Part shown: one piece after another, positions 18,879-28,938 of the stretch
Layout: every line of letters starts with the position of its first letter
Position numbering within the stretch: position 1 is the stretch's first letter
Assembly (NCBI GenBank): GCA_002811645.1
Contig: PDIP01000020.1
Coordinates: 62,001-126,000 of the forward strand
DNA: 64,000 bases
Reading direction: 5' to 3'
Source: Corallochytrium limacisporum Hawaii
Taxonomy: Eukaryota; Protista; Pluriformea
Position numbers and translations under genes: made by a program
The notes under the pieces: model-generated
Databases searched by the model: none
Told to the model about the DNA's origin: nothing
What the model saw: only the letters and a program-made list of their open reading frames with translations

Positions 18879-20178
18879 GGTTCCTCACAAGCCTGCACGG
18901 AGTTTGGCATCTCCCGTGTTGCAATTGCTGCCATTGATTGCGGCTGGTCCGCCATCGTTGGCAACTTGTTGAACGAGAATCTGTTCCTGCAAAAGGATGG
19001 TGTGTACAGACTGCTAGATGTCCTTGCTGACTGCCCCACGGCTTTGTATAACCAAATCCTTGGCTTTCTTATTGACCTCTGCGATTGCAACGAGAAGGTC
19101 CGAACCCACACGCGAACGTGGAGGCACACGCCAAGCGAGCGTTACGGTACGCGCCAGTACGGCATTGGTGCAGTCCTCGCCGCCTCTGGAGCGAGGAACA
19201 GAAACGCCTTGGTGTCATGAGCAATGCAGATGGCACCCTGGTCAACATCAAGGAGCCTCCGAAGCCTCTAGGCGGCTTACATTCCCGGGTATCCACGAGT
19301 GCCTTGAGCAGTAATCGTGTAGAAGGCGACAACTTAATCCTTGAGCTACAGTATGATGTCCGTGCCAAGGTTTACGCTCTGTACCAGATTCTGGACTGCG
19401 GAACCCTGACTGAGAGCATGACTGTGTCCGAGAAGATGGTCTGTGTGGGGATTGACTTGTTCCTTGACTTTAAGGTGGGTGAGATCTGGAGTGATATCTC
19501 TGAGGAGCTGCGCCGTGAAGGTCTGCGCCCAACCACACCTGATCAGGAATGTCTTGACACTATCTTTGGGAGCTGTCACCAGAAGGCCCAGAATCTCCTG
19601 GAGAGACAGAAGCTCCTGCTTGAGGGCAAGGCCGATGAGGACCACTAGCGTGAAGAGCAGACCTTTGACGTGCTACACGAGTCCCAGCTCATGTCGTCAC
19701 TGAAGGACAAGAGGATGACTGACTTCCTGGGACGTACTTCCAACATTCACCAACTGCGTGCTGTAAAGAATCATCAGCAGGCCGCCCTGGAGGCTACCAG
19801 ACAGCGAGTTCTGCCAGATGACCCTGCTGTAGTGGTCCGGGAATATCAAATCCTACCGGACGTACGCCCCCCCCCCCGTACCTGCCTCTCGCCACATCCA
19901 CATTGACCAGACATCTCGCAGGTGAACATGAACGCACTGTAGGTCTGGACTGGATACTGCCAATAAACCACAAGTCAAGCCTAAGAATAAGGAACACACG
20001 AGAATCCTCACCTTCGAGCTCGCACGAAGCTCCGGATGAAGTTATCGAAACACAGGAAACCGAGATCTTCATCACCGGTCTCTCCTCGTACTCAAACATG
20101 TCAGTATCGCTGGGTGCTATGAAACAAGATGTTACCAATGAGCCACTTCGCCTGAGTGCGAGCGCTCGTCAACGTTGA
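18879..20178 (+). pseudogene. CFAP69: CFAP69 (cilia- and flagella-associated protein 69) pseudogene, C-terminal part only
   Basis: AIDCGWSAIVG..NENLFLQKDGVYRLLDVL, LWSEEQKRLGV, VRAKVYAL, FLDFKVGEIWSDISEELRREGLRPTTPD and DFLGRTSN match the recalled CFAP69 C-terminus. Lesions: frameshift near 19180, in-frame TAG 19646-19648, poly-C at about 19867 with a probable second frameshift. No 5' part; 3' end approximate. Confidence 0.85.
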
Positions 20179-20662
20179 ACAGTCCGTTGCATAGAGCACA
20201 ATGCTGCGTGGTTTTGCATGCAAAGCGCGTGTGCCCGGTTGCTTGGCCTCCCTCCCCTTCCCGGCCCCTCCCGGGGGGGGGGGGGAGAAGGGAGGTGCGC
20301 AGAAACAGCGATTTCGTGAGGTGGTCGATTAGCACCCGACCACTGCGACCGACCTTTGGGGCCCTCCCGTGACTCTTGACCTCTCCAGCCCAAGCAATCG
20401 TGGATCAGAAGGGACCAGTCGAGCTGCCAGTGCGCCGGGGTGTTTGGGGGGTTTTTGAGTTTTTTGAAGTTTTTAGAAAACTTCTCCCGAACGGGTTATC
20501 CAGGCCCCAATAATGCGTCATAATGGGAATCGGGCACCGGGTCCGAGCTGTGTGATCTCATCAACTAGCCATACATGCAAAGTATCGCGCCGCGCAACAC
20601 CCCTCGAAAATACCAAGCCACATGAGCGGGTGGTGGACGGTGGCTTTGGGGGAGGGAGTGGG

Positions 20663-21549
20663 NNNNNNNNNNNNNNNNNNNNNNNNNNNNNNNNNNNNNN
20701 NNNNNNNNNNNNNNNNNNNNNNNNNNNNNNNNNNNNNNNNNNNNNNNNNNNNNNNNNNNNNNNNNNNNNNNNNNNNNNNNNNNNNNNNNNNNNNNNNNNN
20801 NNNNNNNNNNNNNNNNNNNNNNNNNNNNNNNNNNNNNNNNNNNNNNNNNNNNNNNNNNNNNNNNNNNNNNNNNNNNNNNNNNNNNNNNNNNNNNNNNNNN
20901 NNNNNNNNNNNNNNNNNNNNNNNNNNNNNNNNNNNNNNNNNNNNNNNNNNNNNNNNNNNNNNNNNNNNNNNNNNNNNNNNNNNNNNNNNNNNNNNNNNNN
21001 NNNNNNNNNNNNNNNNNNNNNNNNNNNNNNNNNNNNNNNNNNNNNNNNNNNNNNNNNNNNNNNNNNNNNNNNNNNNNNNNNNNNNNNNNNNNNNNNNNNN
21101 NNNNNNNNNNNNNNNNNNNNNNNNNNNNNNNNNNNNNNNNNNNNNNNNNNNNNNNNNNNNNNNNNNNNNNNNNNNNNNNNNNNNNNNNNNNNNNNNNNNN
21201 NNNNNNNNNNNNNNNNNNNNNNNNNNNNNNNNNNNNNNNNNNNNNNNNNNNNNNNNNNNNNNNNNNNNNNNNNNNNNNNNNNNNNNNNNNNNNNNNNNNN
21301 NNNNNNNNNNNNNNNNNNNNNNNNNNNNNNNNNNNNNNNNNNNNNNNNNNNNNNNNNNNNNNNNNNNNNNNNNNNNNNNNNNNNNNNNNNNNNNNNNNNN
21401 NNNNNNNNNNNNNNNNNNNNNNNNNNNNNNNNNNNNNNNNNNNNNNNNNNNNNNNNNNNNNNNNNNNNNNNNNNNNNNNNNNNNNNNNNNNNNNNNNNNN
21501 NNNNNNNNNNNNNNNNNNNNNNNNNNNNNNNNNNNNNNNNNNNNNNNNN
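20663..21549. other. Assembly gap (N run)
   Basis: Run of N flanked by G-rich tracts. Confidence 1.
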
Positions 21550-22060
21550 GGGGGGGGGAATTCATATGCGATAAAAAAAGCACCCTACAGCCAGGCCCGA
21601 AACCCCCGCAGCCCCCCACTTTGCAAGTTTTCTTCTTCGCAAAGGCCCCTGCACAAAAGTGGGAACTCCAAAATGTTTGACGGACGCCACAGAAAATTTA
21701 TGTGAACATACCACAACCGCACCAGGAGACCCGGCTGCTCCACAGAAGCCTATCCATAGTCCCCGTACACCCCCCATATCCTTCTGTGTTGCGGGTGGGT
21801 GACGCCGAGCATATGACCGTTTAAGAGAAGTCATCCCATTCCTCATTTTTCTCGGACGATTAAATAACTGAACACCCTATGCAGACATTGATTCATATAT
21901 AGGATCAAGATTGTGTATTTTTTGATCAAATATTTTGATTGAAATCGAAACCAGACACCCCCCCCCTCTCTCCTTGTTTTCTTGCTTTAGCCGTGTTATG
22001 GCGTGTGTTTGCTAGGTGGTGAAGAAATTGCAAGTTCAACTCCCGCCCCCCCTGGCCCCT

Positions 22061-22093
22061 CCCCCCCCCCCCCGGGGGGGGGGGGGGGGGGGG
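22061..22093. repeat. C13-G20 palindromic homopolymer tract
   Basis: Directly visible. Confidence 0.95.
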
Positions 22094-24482
22094 AAGAGGC
22101 TAGGAAGGAAAACAAAGGCCCCGTCCCAGGGGTTTGGTGTCACACTCGCTGGTGGCTGGGGCCCCAACCCCTTCTCCTCTGTAAACCGTCCGGGAGCGGG
22201 ATCGGAGACAAACAAATGAAATGAGGGCATCTCGGCTGCTGCTGCCCTCTTCATTCAGGCTGTCGACTACTGTGTAATCCCGCTTGGCGGCGTCTTGTTC
22301 TTCCGCACAGAACGTCTCAGGGCACAGCTTGTTGTGTCCTGAGAGGAGAACCCCTAAACCCCCCCCCCTGAGGGGGAGCTGGACGCGCGCGCTACCGCGT
22401 GGCACCCGAAAGTCCGCGCGTTCGGGTGGCTGTTCTGCAAGCTCTCCATTAAATTAGACTGCCAGCCCTGTAAAATAACACACCAACGAACAATTTGTCT
22501 GCCTTCATCCACAACACATATACGGAACAAAGAATGATGGACTGCCTTGCTGACACTTTGGACATGTGATGCTGAATTCATGCTGCGTTCTAGTGTAAGT
22601 TAGATAGTAACGGAAAAGCGGGAACAGATCGCTTTGCTTGGTGTGGTGTTGATGTTTCACGCGCAAGTATTTGACTATTTTGCTGAGCGCGACACCAATA
22701 AGCAATAACCCGCTGTCCATTACCCAAGCCACCTGCCTCTAGGGGCCACGCAATCGGAAAAGTTACCCCTAGCGGTAACCTCACCTGCAGCTTGGGGCAA
22801 TCACCCACCTATCCATAGCTTATAAATTAGCATGGATTCCATCCAACGACGGATATAAGTCCCAGGGCTATCAGTTGAAAAACGCCCGTTGATGGGAATA
22901 CCTACATGGCTTAGTTGGTATCGAGTACCTCAATTAATGGCGCAGACAAATCCTATCGAAGACAAACACGTATGGCTGTGGAGAAGCATATTGATCTTTC
23001 CTTTACCCTATTATCCGGCAGGAACCGAGATCAGTCGATACAGATACTCAATGACCGGGATGAGCGTTTAGTGATCATAGGTTGAGTCATCGTTCTCTTT
23101 CCCGTCTGGCCCATTTTCTCTGTCATATGCGCAGTGCCTTCAATTCTTGGAAGGTCGCGCAAGAATCGGTTGTGATGGTGGATCAGATCAGCATCGTTTC
23201 CGTTCCGCAGAGACGAATCATTGCTGATCCTCCTACACAGCTTACGCCAGTGTGTTGCGGAAAGGACATCGCATATTGTGCATGCAGACATTGTTGTCCC
23301 CAGGGGTCACAATGAACCAGGCTCTCCCGTGACCAAAACAGGAGCGCAGCCCCCCCCCCCCAAAGCCTCCATCCGCACACCGAACCACCCACAAATTTCT
23401 CGAAGGATTGCTATGTGTACCAAGAACGTCTCTATATAGCCCCCACACTCCAACCCCGTGATTGTGAAGGGGAGGGGGCGCCGGATGAATGCTGCGTGCC
23501 AAAGAAGACGGTCGGGTCTGAGAAGAGTGCGTTCTGTCTCTCAGAAAAGTGGGATGGAGGGGGGGGGGGGGACATGTTGGGGGGTTGGCCGTTTGTTGTT
23601 GTCTCTGAAGTGGCACACGCACCACACATACGAATCGCTGGTCGGAATGTTTGATCGGGCAACTGCCAGCAAACTCGAGGGGCAGCAGGGGGGCTGGTCA
23701 GTATGTAAGCACACATACGTGCACAAGAATACACCACAGGAGCTCGGACCTGTGCGAAGCCTGTGCCGGCGTTTTCGCCTGGGCACATGACAATGAAGAG
23801 AACAGAGCTTATTTGCACCACGCGAGCAATGGTGGCTCTTGCCGTCACCTTTTCTGATGTGGTTTTCTAAGTTCTTTGTGGCTGCTTTGCAGGACCGGCA
23901 ACCTCAGATGTGTCGATTCAATGAAGCGTGTCAAGGAACTATGCCGGTTGTGGAAGCGGACAAATTTGTTGAGAGAATGGACCGGCTCGAATAAATAGCA
24001 GCAGCTGCGAAGATGGATAAGTTGGATCGACGGTAGAGTCGGCTATCCCGAAGTTTTGGGGAGTGCCGATGCAAGAGTCTTCCCGGAGAGGCCGTGTTTG
24101 CAATATGTTTAGTACTGAATCTTGGGAAGGGTGAGATTGCTGCCGAGACAAAAAAGCCAGACTGTCACGATAGCTGAAAGTTAGTTTTGTGTTGTTCCAA
24201 AAAAAACCCACAGCAGGCACATACAGATGATGGGACTGTGATTCCATTAAGGCGATTGGCTAAGAAGCGCCTGCAGGGTATCGACCTAATCAACGGACTA
24301 GGACGCAAGGCGCAAAGTGTGGTAGCGGACACCATTCGTAAGGAAGTCTGATCAGGTTGGAAGTGCTGGGGTACTAGTTCGCCGACAGCGTCGCATCCGG
24401 GAAACCAAACACAAGGCTTCTAATCGCTCCATATCACAAATCGTTTTGCCTATAGATCGATGTGCCGTCAGATTTGAACACC

Positions 24483-26207
24483 ATGGAGAAGAATAATCCC
24501 GCTCTGAGTCCTCGCTCCGAAAAGCGCAAAAGGGTGATCGTGCCCTGGACCCGTACTGTACAGACCGGTGTGGAGCTTCTGCGCAACCCGAAGTACAACA
24601 AAGGTATGGCGTTCACCGAGAGCGAACGCAAGGCTTTGCGGTTGAAGGGTCTGCTCCCTGCCGCCATTGCTGACCAGGACACTCAGGTACAGCGCGCGCT
24701 AGGTATGATCCGCATTAAGGGAACCGACCTAGAGAAGTATATCTATCTCGTTGGTCTGCAGGACCGTAACGAGAAGCTTTTCTATAAAGTTCTGGTTGAG
24801 AACGTCGAGGAGATGATGCCTCTCGTGTACACTCCCACTGTCGGCCAGGCCTGCCTGACCTATGGCCACATTTTCCGCCGTCCGCGTGGTCTATTCATTA
24901 GCATTAAGGACAAGGGTCACATTTTCGACATTCTCAAGAATTGGCCTGAGAAGAACATTAAGGCTATCTGTGTTACTGATGGTGAGCGTATCTTGGGTCT
25001 GGGTGACCTTGGCGCCTTCGGTATGGGTATCCCCGTCGGCAAGTTAGCTCTGTATACCGCTTTGGCCGGTGTACGTCCCGAAACTTGCTTGCCCATCACT
25101 CTGGATGTCGGCACCAATAATGAGAAGCTACTTAATGACCCAATGTATATTGGTGAGCGCATGAAGCGTGACAACAGTCAAAACTATGACGACTTCATCG
25201 AGGAGTTTGTCCTGGCTGTCACTCGCCGCTACGGCCCTGAGACACTGATTCAGTGGGAGGACTTTGGAAACCATAATGCTTTCCGTCTCCTCGAAAAGTA
25301 CAAGAATCGGTGCTGCACTTTCAACGATGATATTCAGGGAACTGCATCTGTCGCATTGGCCGGTATCCTGTCCGCTGTCAAACTGACCGGCATCGAGATC
25401 CCCGACCACAAATTTGTCTTCTATGGTGCAGGGGAGGCTGCCCTGGGTATCTGCAGCTTGATCTGCCGCGATTTGGAGAAGTATTTTGACATTCCTTTCG
25501 AGGAGGCCAAGAAGCGTGTGTATCTGGTGGACTCGCGCGGTTTGATTGTAAAGGGACGCTCTTCCGGTGGTATTACTGAGCATAAGGCTGTGTTCCAGCA
25601 AGAGGGCGTGCCTGAGATGACTGACCTTGCCGAGATTGTACGCCGCATCAAGCCCACAGCGCTGGTTGGTGTCGCTGCACAGCCCCAGACGTTTACGGAG
25701 GAAATCTGCAAAGAGATGGCCAAGAACAACAAGAACCCAATTATCTTTGCTCTGTCTAACCCCACCAGTAAGGCCGAGTGCACCGCCGAGCAGGCCTACA
25801 ACTGGACCGAAGGGCGCTGTGTGTTCGCCTCGGGTTCTCCTTTCGCTCCCGTCGAGTACAACGGTAAGACTTTCATTCCGGGCCAGGGTAACAATGCCTA
25901 CATCTTCCCTGGTGTGGCATTAGGTGTACTCGCCAGCAAGGCTACCAGGGTGACCGACGATACCATGTTGATCGCTGCCCGTACTCTGTCCACTCTGGTA
26001 CCTGAGGAAAATTTTGCAAAGGGTTGCATCTATCCGTACCTCAGTAACATTCAGAACGTGTCCATCGAGATCGCCACTGCTGTTGTGGAGTACAACTTCA
26101 AGTCTGGTCTGTCCGTCTACCCTGACCCCAAGTCGCACGCTGGATATCGGCAAATGGTCCTGGACGAGATGTACGACTTCAACTACGGTGTCTTTGATGA
26201 GTACTAA
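24483..26207 (+). CDS. ME1: Malic enzyme, probably cytosolic NADP-dependent
   Basis: VTDGERILGLGDLG, FNDDIQGTASV, GAGEAALG, FALSNPT and GQGNNAYIFPG motifs. ATG at 24483 (acaccATG). No obvious mitochondrial presequence. Confidence 0.95.
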   Translation: MEKNNPALSPRSEKRKRVIVPWTRTVQTGVELLRNPKYNKGMAFTESERKALRLKGLLPAAIADQDTQVQRALGMIRIKGTDLEKYIYLVGLQDRNEKLFYKVLVENVEEMMPLVYTPTVGQACLTYGHIFRRPRGLFISIKDKGHIFDILKNWPEKNIKAICVTDGERILGLGDLGAFGMGIPVGKLALYTALAGVRPETCLPITLDVGTNNEKLLNDPMYIGERMKRDNSQNYDDFIEEFVLAVTRRYGPETLIQWEDFGNHNAFRLLEKYKNRCCTFNDDIQGTASVALAGILSAVKLTGIEIPDHKFVFYGAGEAALGICSLICRDLEKYFDIPFEEAKKRVYLVDSRGLIVKGRSSGGITEHKAVFQQEGVPEMTDLAEIVRRIKPTALVGVAAQPQTFTEEICKEMAKNNKNPIIFALSNPTSKAECTAEQAYNWTEGRCVFASGSPFAPVEYNGKTFIPGQGNNAYIFPGVALGVLASKATRVTDDTMLIAARTLSTLVPEENFAKGCIYPYLSNIQNVSIEIATAVVEYNFKSGLSVYPDPKSHAGYRQMVLDEMYDFNYGVFDEY

Positions 26208-27031
26208 ATCAACAAAACTGCATGTGCAGCACCTACGCCGGTCGTGTGGAATCCAGAGTTTCGTGCGCCTTGATCGCACTCACGGCCGGGAGTAACACCT
26301 GTATCATTATCACTCCAAACTCTTTACTAGAATCCAACCATTAGCCCGTAGTGATCATCATGAACTCATCCACATGTTCAGTTTCATCCGCCTGCTTGTT
26401 TGGAATCACATGGTTTTCTCTCGAGGGCGGACGATGTGTCCCTCATGCTCGACTCGGGACGGGAAGCCGCCGAGGACAGCGCTCTGGATTGGGTTCCATA
26501 AATAGATCTGGACACTCTTTCTGCTAAAGAGAGAGGGGCTTCCTTTTTACCTATTTCAATCGTTTATTTGATTTATAGATTTTTTGATTCATTTATTGGT
26601 GAATCGGCAATGATGGACAGGGAAATTGTGAAAATCTTGACTGCGGACCCATTATTTTGACTTCTGTGGAAAACAGGGGCCTATTTTGCTTTGCACAAGT
26701 CGTTTTTCGCCACAGCCAGAGGTGGCACACAGAAAACCCCAACGGAGAAAGAAGAAGGAAATTGGGGGAGGATTGGGCGAACGCGGTCCGAATCTGCCGG
26801 CCGAGGCGGCGGGGGCGGCTCTGCGCCCAATAGTTCGCGCAAAGACGTCGGCAATCCATTGGTGACCGCTATACCTGCGCTGGTCTAACCGAGGATACAA
26901 ACAGTATTAAGATTTTCTGGCAATATCTAAAATGGACAAATAAGTGTGTGTATGTGGGTTTATGTGTGTATGGAGTGTGGAGGATGGCCTTGTGACTGTG
27001 AGAGTCGATGTCGATGCCGAGTCACAAACAT

Positions 27032-27817
27032 TTATTGATACTTGGGATTGTTCTGGTAGTGATCCGTTCCTTGATGGATGTACGAGAACTGTGTGTCCAA
27101 GGTGTTACCAAATCCCTGGAGCTGACCATCAGAGTGACGATGGCTGTCAAAATAGCTCTGGTCAAAGGCAGATGTGTTCCAGTTGTAGTTTGATGACTGG
27201 TACGGCACACTCTGGCCGAGATTCTGAGGCTTGCTGAGAGCGGCAGAGTTGGGAGACTGTCCGAGGGCATGCAGACTCTGGCCGAGCTGTGCATGAGACT
27301 GCCAGCCATCGTAAGCCTGAGGATAGCCCAATTGAGGGTTGCTCATGGTAGCCATGCCGTGATGAGCGCCCCAGCTGTTCCATCCACCAGCAGAGCCAAC
27401 AGTTTGCGCCTGTGAAAAATTGTGGTGGTCTGTGGTGGTATGGATGCGAATGTCGGGGTTGTTCTTGAGCTTGTGCACAACGACGCAATTGTCAACAGAC
27501 TCGTTGATGTTCAGAGGCACGCCGTTCGTGAGCATACCATCAAAGTACCGTGCATATCCCTCATGGAGTAATCCATTGCTTGCCAGTTCGAAAGATCCAT
27601 CAATGACCTCGAAAACGTAGGGGTTGACTTGCTCCAACTTCTTCCGCTCAGCGGACCAAGGTTCATGCGAGTCACCACGGACATGAAGCCACACGTGCTT
27701 CTGAATGTTGGCCTTTGTTGAAGTGCGCTGCGAGTATACGCTGCAAATGTTGGGTTTTTCCAAATCCAGGTCCTGAACGTGGACAGGCCATGTGCAAACA
27801 AAGCCTTTCTTACCCAT
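27032..27817 (-). CDS. Putative atypical C2H2 zinc-finger protein with Q/S/G/Y/N-rich C-terminus
   Basis: 261-aa ORF, good ATG context (tcaccATGg). FVCTWP..C..KHVWLH gives C-x16-C-x15-H-x3-H, followed by a low-complexity tail. Confidence 0.65.
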   Translation of the reverse strand: MGKKGFVCTWPVHVQDLDLEKPNICSVYSQRTSTKANIQKHVWLHVRGDSHEPWSAERKKLEQVNPYVFEVIDGSFELASNGLLHEGYARYFDGMLTNGVPLNINESVDNCVVVHKLKNNPDIRIHTTTDHHNFSQAQTVGSAGGWNSWGAHHGMATMSNPQLGYPQAYDGWQSHAQLGQSLHALGQSPNSAALSKPQNLGQSVPYQSSNYNWNTSAFDQSYFDSHRHSDGQLQGFGNTLDTQFSYIHQGTDHYQNNPKYQ

Positions 27818-28770
27818 GGTGAAGTGCTATCTGTATCGAGCTTTGCTCTGTGGAATTCTTTAGGAAGACGTGATATTCAATGTGCGTGGAATTGCCAAAT
27901 GCAAACCTTGCTGATTTGTAACCCAATTGTGTTGAAGATGGTCGCCAGAATTGTATGGTAACATACTAATGATTGCTTAGTGAAGAATGTTGACCTGATC
28001 AAATGTCACATCTTTTATACCAAAAAGCTTTTTCATTCGAGGGTCTCTTGGTTGGTACCAAAGTATGTCGTACTACTATGTACTTCTATTGCTTTTGCCT
28101 CCCTCTGGAAAGGTGTTTTTGAACGCCAAATCCCTGAACCCCCAAAGAGTACTTAGACAGCACAGATTAGAGATCTTTCTTCTTCTCGCAATTGAAACCT
28201 TACTTTGGATGGTCCCCACTTGGTATCCCATGAGACGGGAGGCGGCCCAGAATACACACACACTCCGAGCTGCTCCAAACTAACGTCAGCCGTACACCCT
28301 GAAGAGTCTTCGGTACATTCACCACAGAGCTGGACTAGTATATTATGTATGATATTTTCTATCTATTTGGATCTAACTGCTACACATATCAATTTTCCTT
28401 GTGCTCCTCTTTTGTCCCTGTCCTCCGACACCCTCGACATTTTTTGGGCTCGCTCTTTTTTTTTCTCGCTCGGCGTTACAAAACTGCCATGCATAAGAAT
28501 GGGGGGGGGAGAACCCGACCCAAACACAAAACACTGCCGAGAGGAAACATACAAGGAGAAGAAAATACGGGAAAGGGGGAGGGGAAAGGATGGCCAAAAT
28601 GGCTGTGAAATGCCATTCCAATAGTATGGCGGATTTGCTGTGGCAATCAGTTTTTCTGATCATCCAGCCAAATGTCTCTTTTGCCCCTGTTCTCCCGTTG
28701 CGCTTTCCCCTCCGCCCCTCCCTTTTTTTCCCCTTTTCCCCTCCCCCTCCCCACACCCCTTTTCCCCCTT

Positions 28771-28938
28771 NNNNNNNNNNNNNNNNNNNNNNNNNNNNNN
28801 NNNNNNNNNNNNNNNNNNNNNNNNNNNNNNNNNNNNNNNNNNNNNNNNNNNNNNNNNNNNNNNNNNNNNNNNNNNNNNNNNNNNNNNNNNNNNNNNNNNN
28901 NNNNNNNNNNNNNNNNNNNNNNNNNNNNNNNNNNNNNN
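28771..28938. other. Assembly gap (N run)
   Basis: Run of N flanked by C/T-rich tracts. Confidence 1.

Noticed and set aside
7546-20178. Stop-codon reassignment or RNA-editing rescue as an explanation for the in-frame stops in the two pseudogenes
   Set aside because: Intact genes here end in all three stops (TGA: CCDC57, sepH; TAA: TMA16, ME1, TOP1, ARP3; TAG: FAF2, transporter), and the broken genes also carry frameshifts and truncation.
20513-21680. ORFs of about 350 aa spanning the first gap, and similar ORFs at 28373-29252
   Set aside because: Artefacts of translating N runs.
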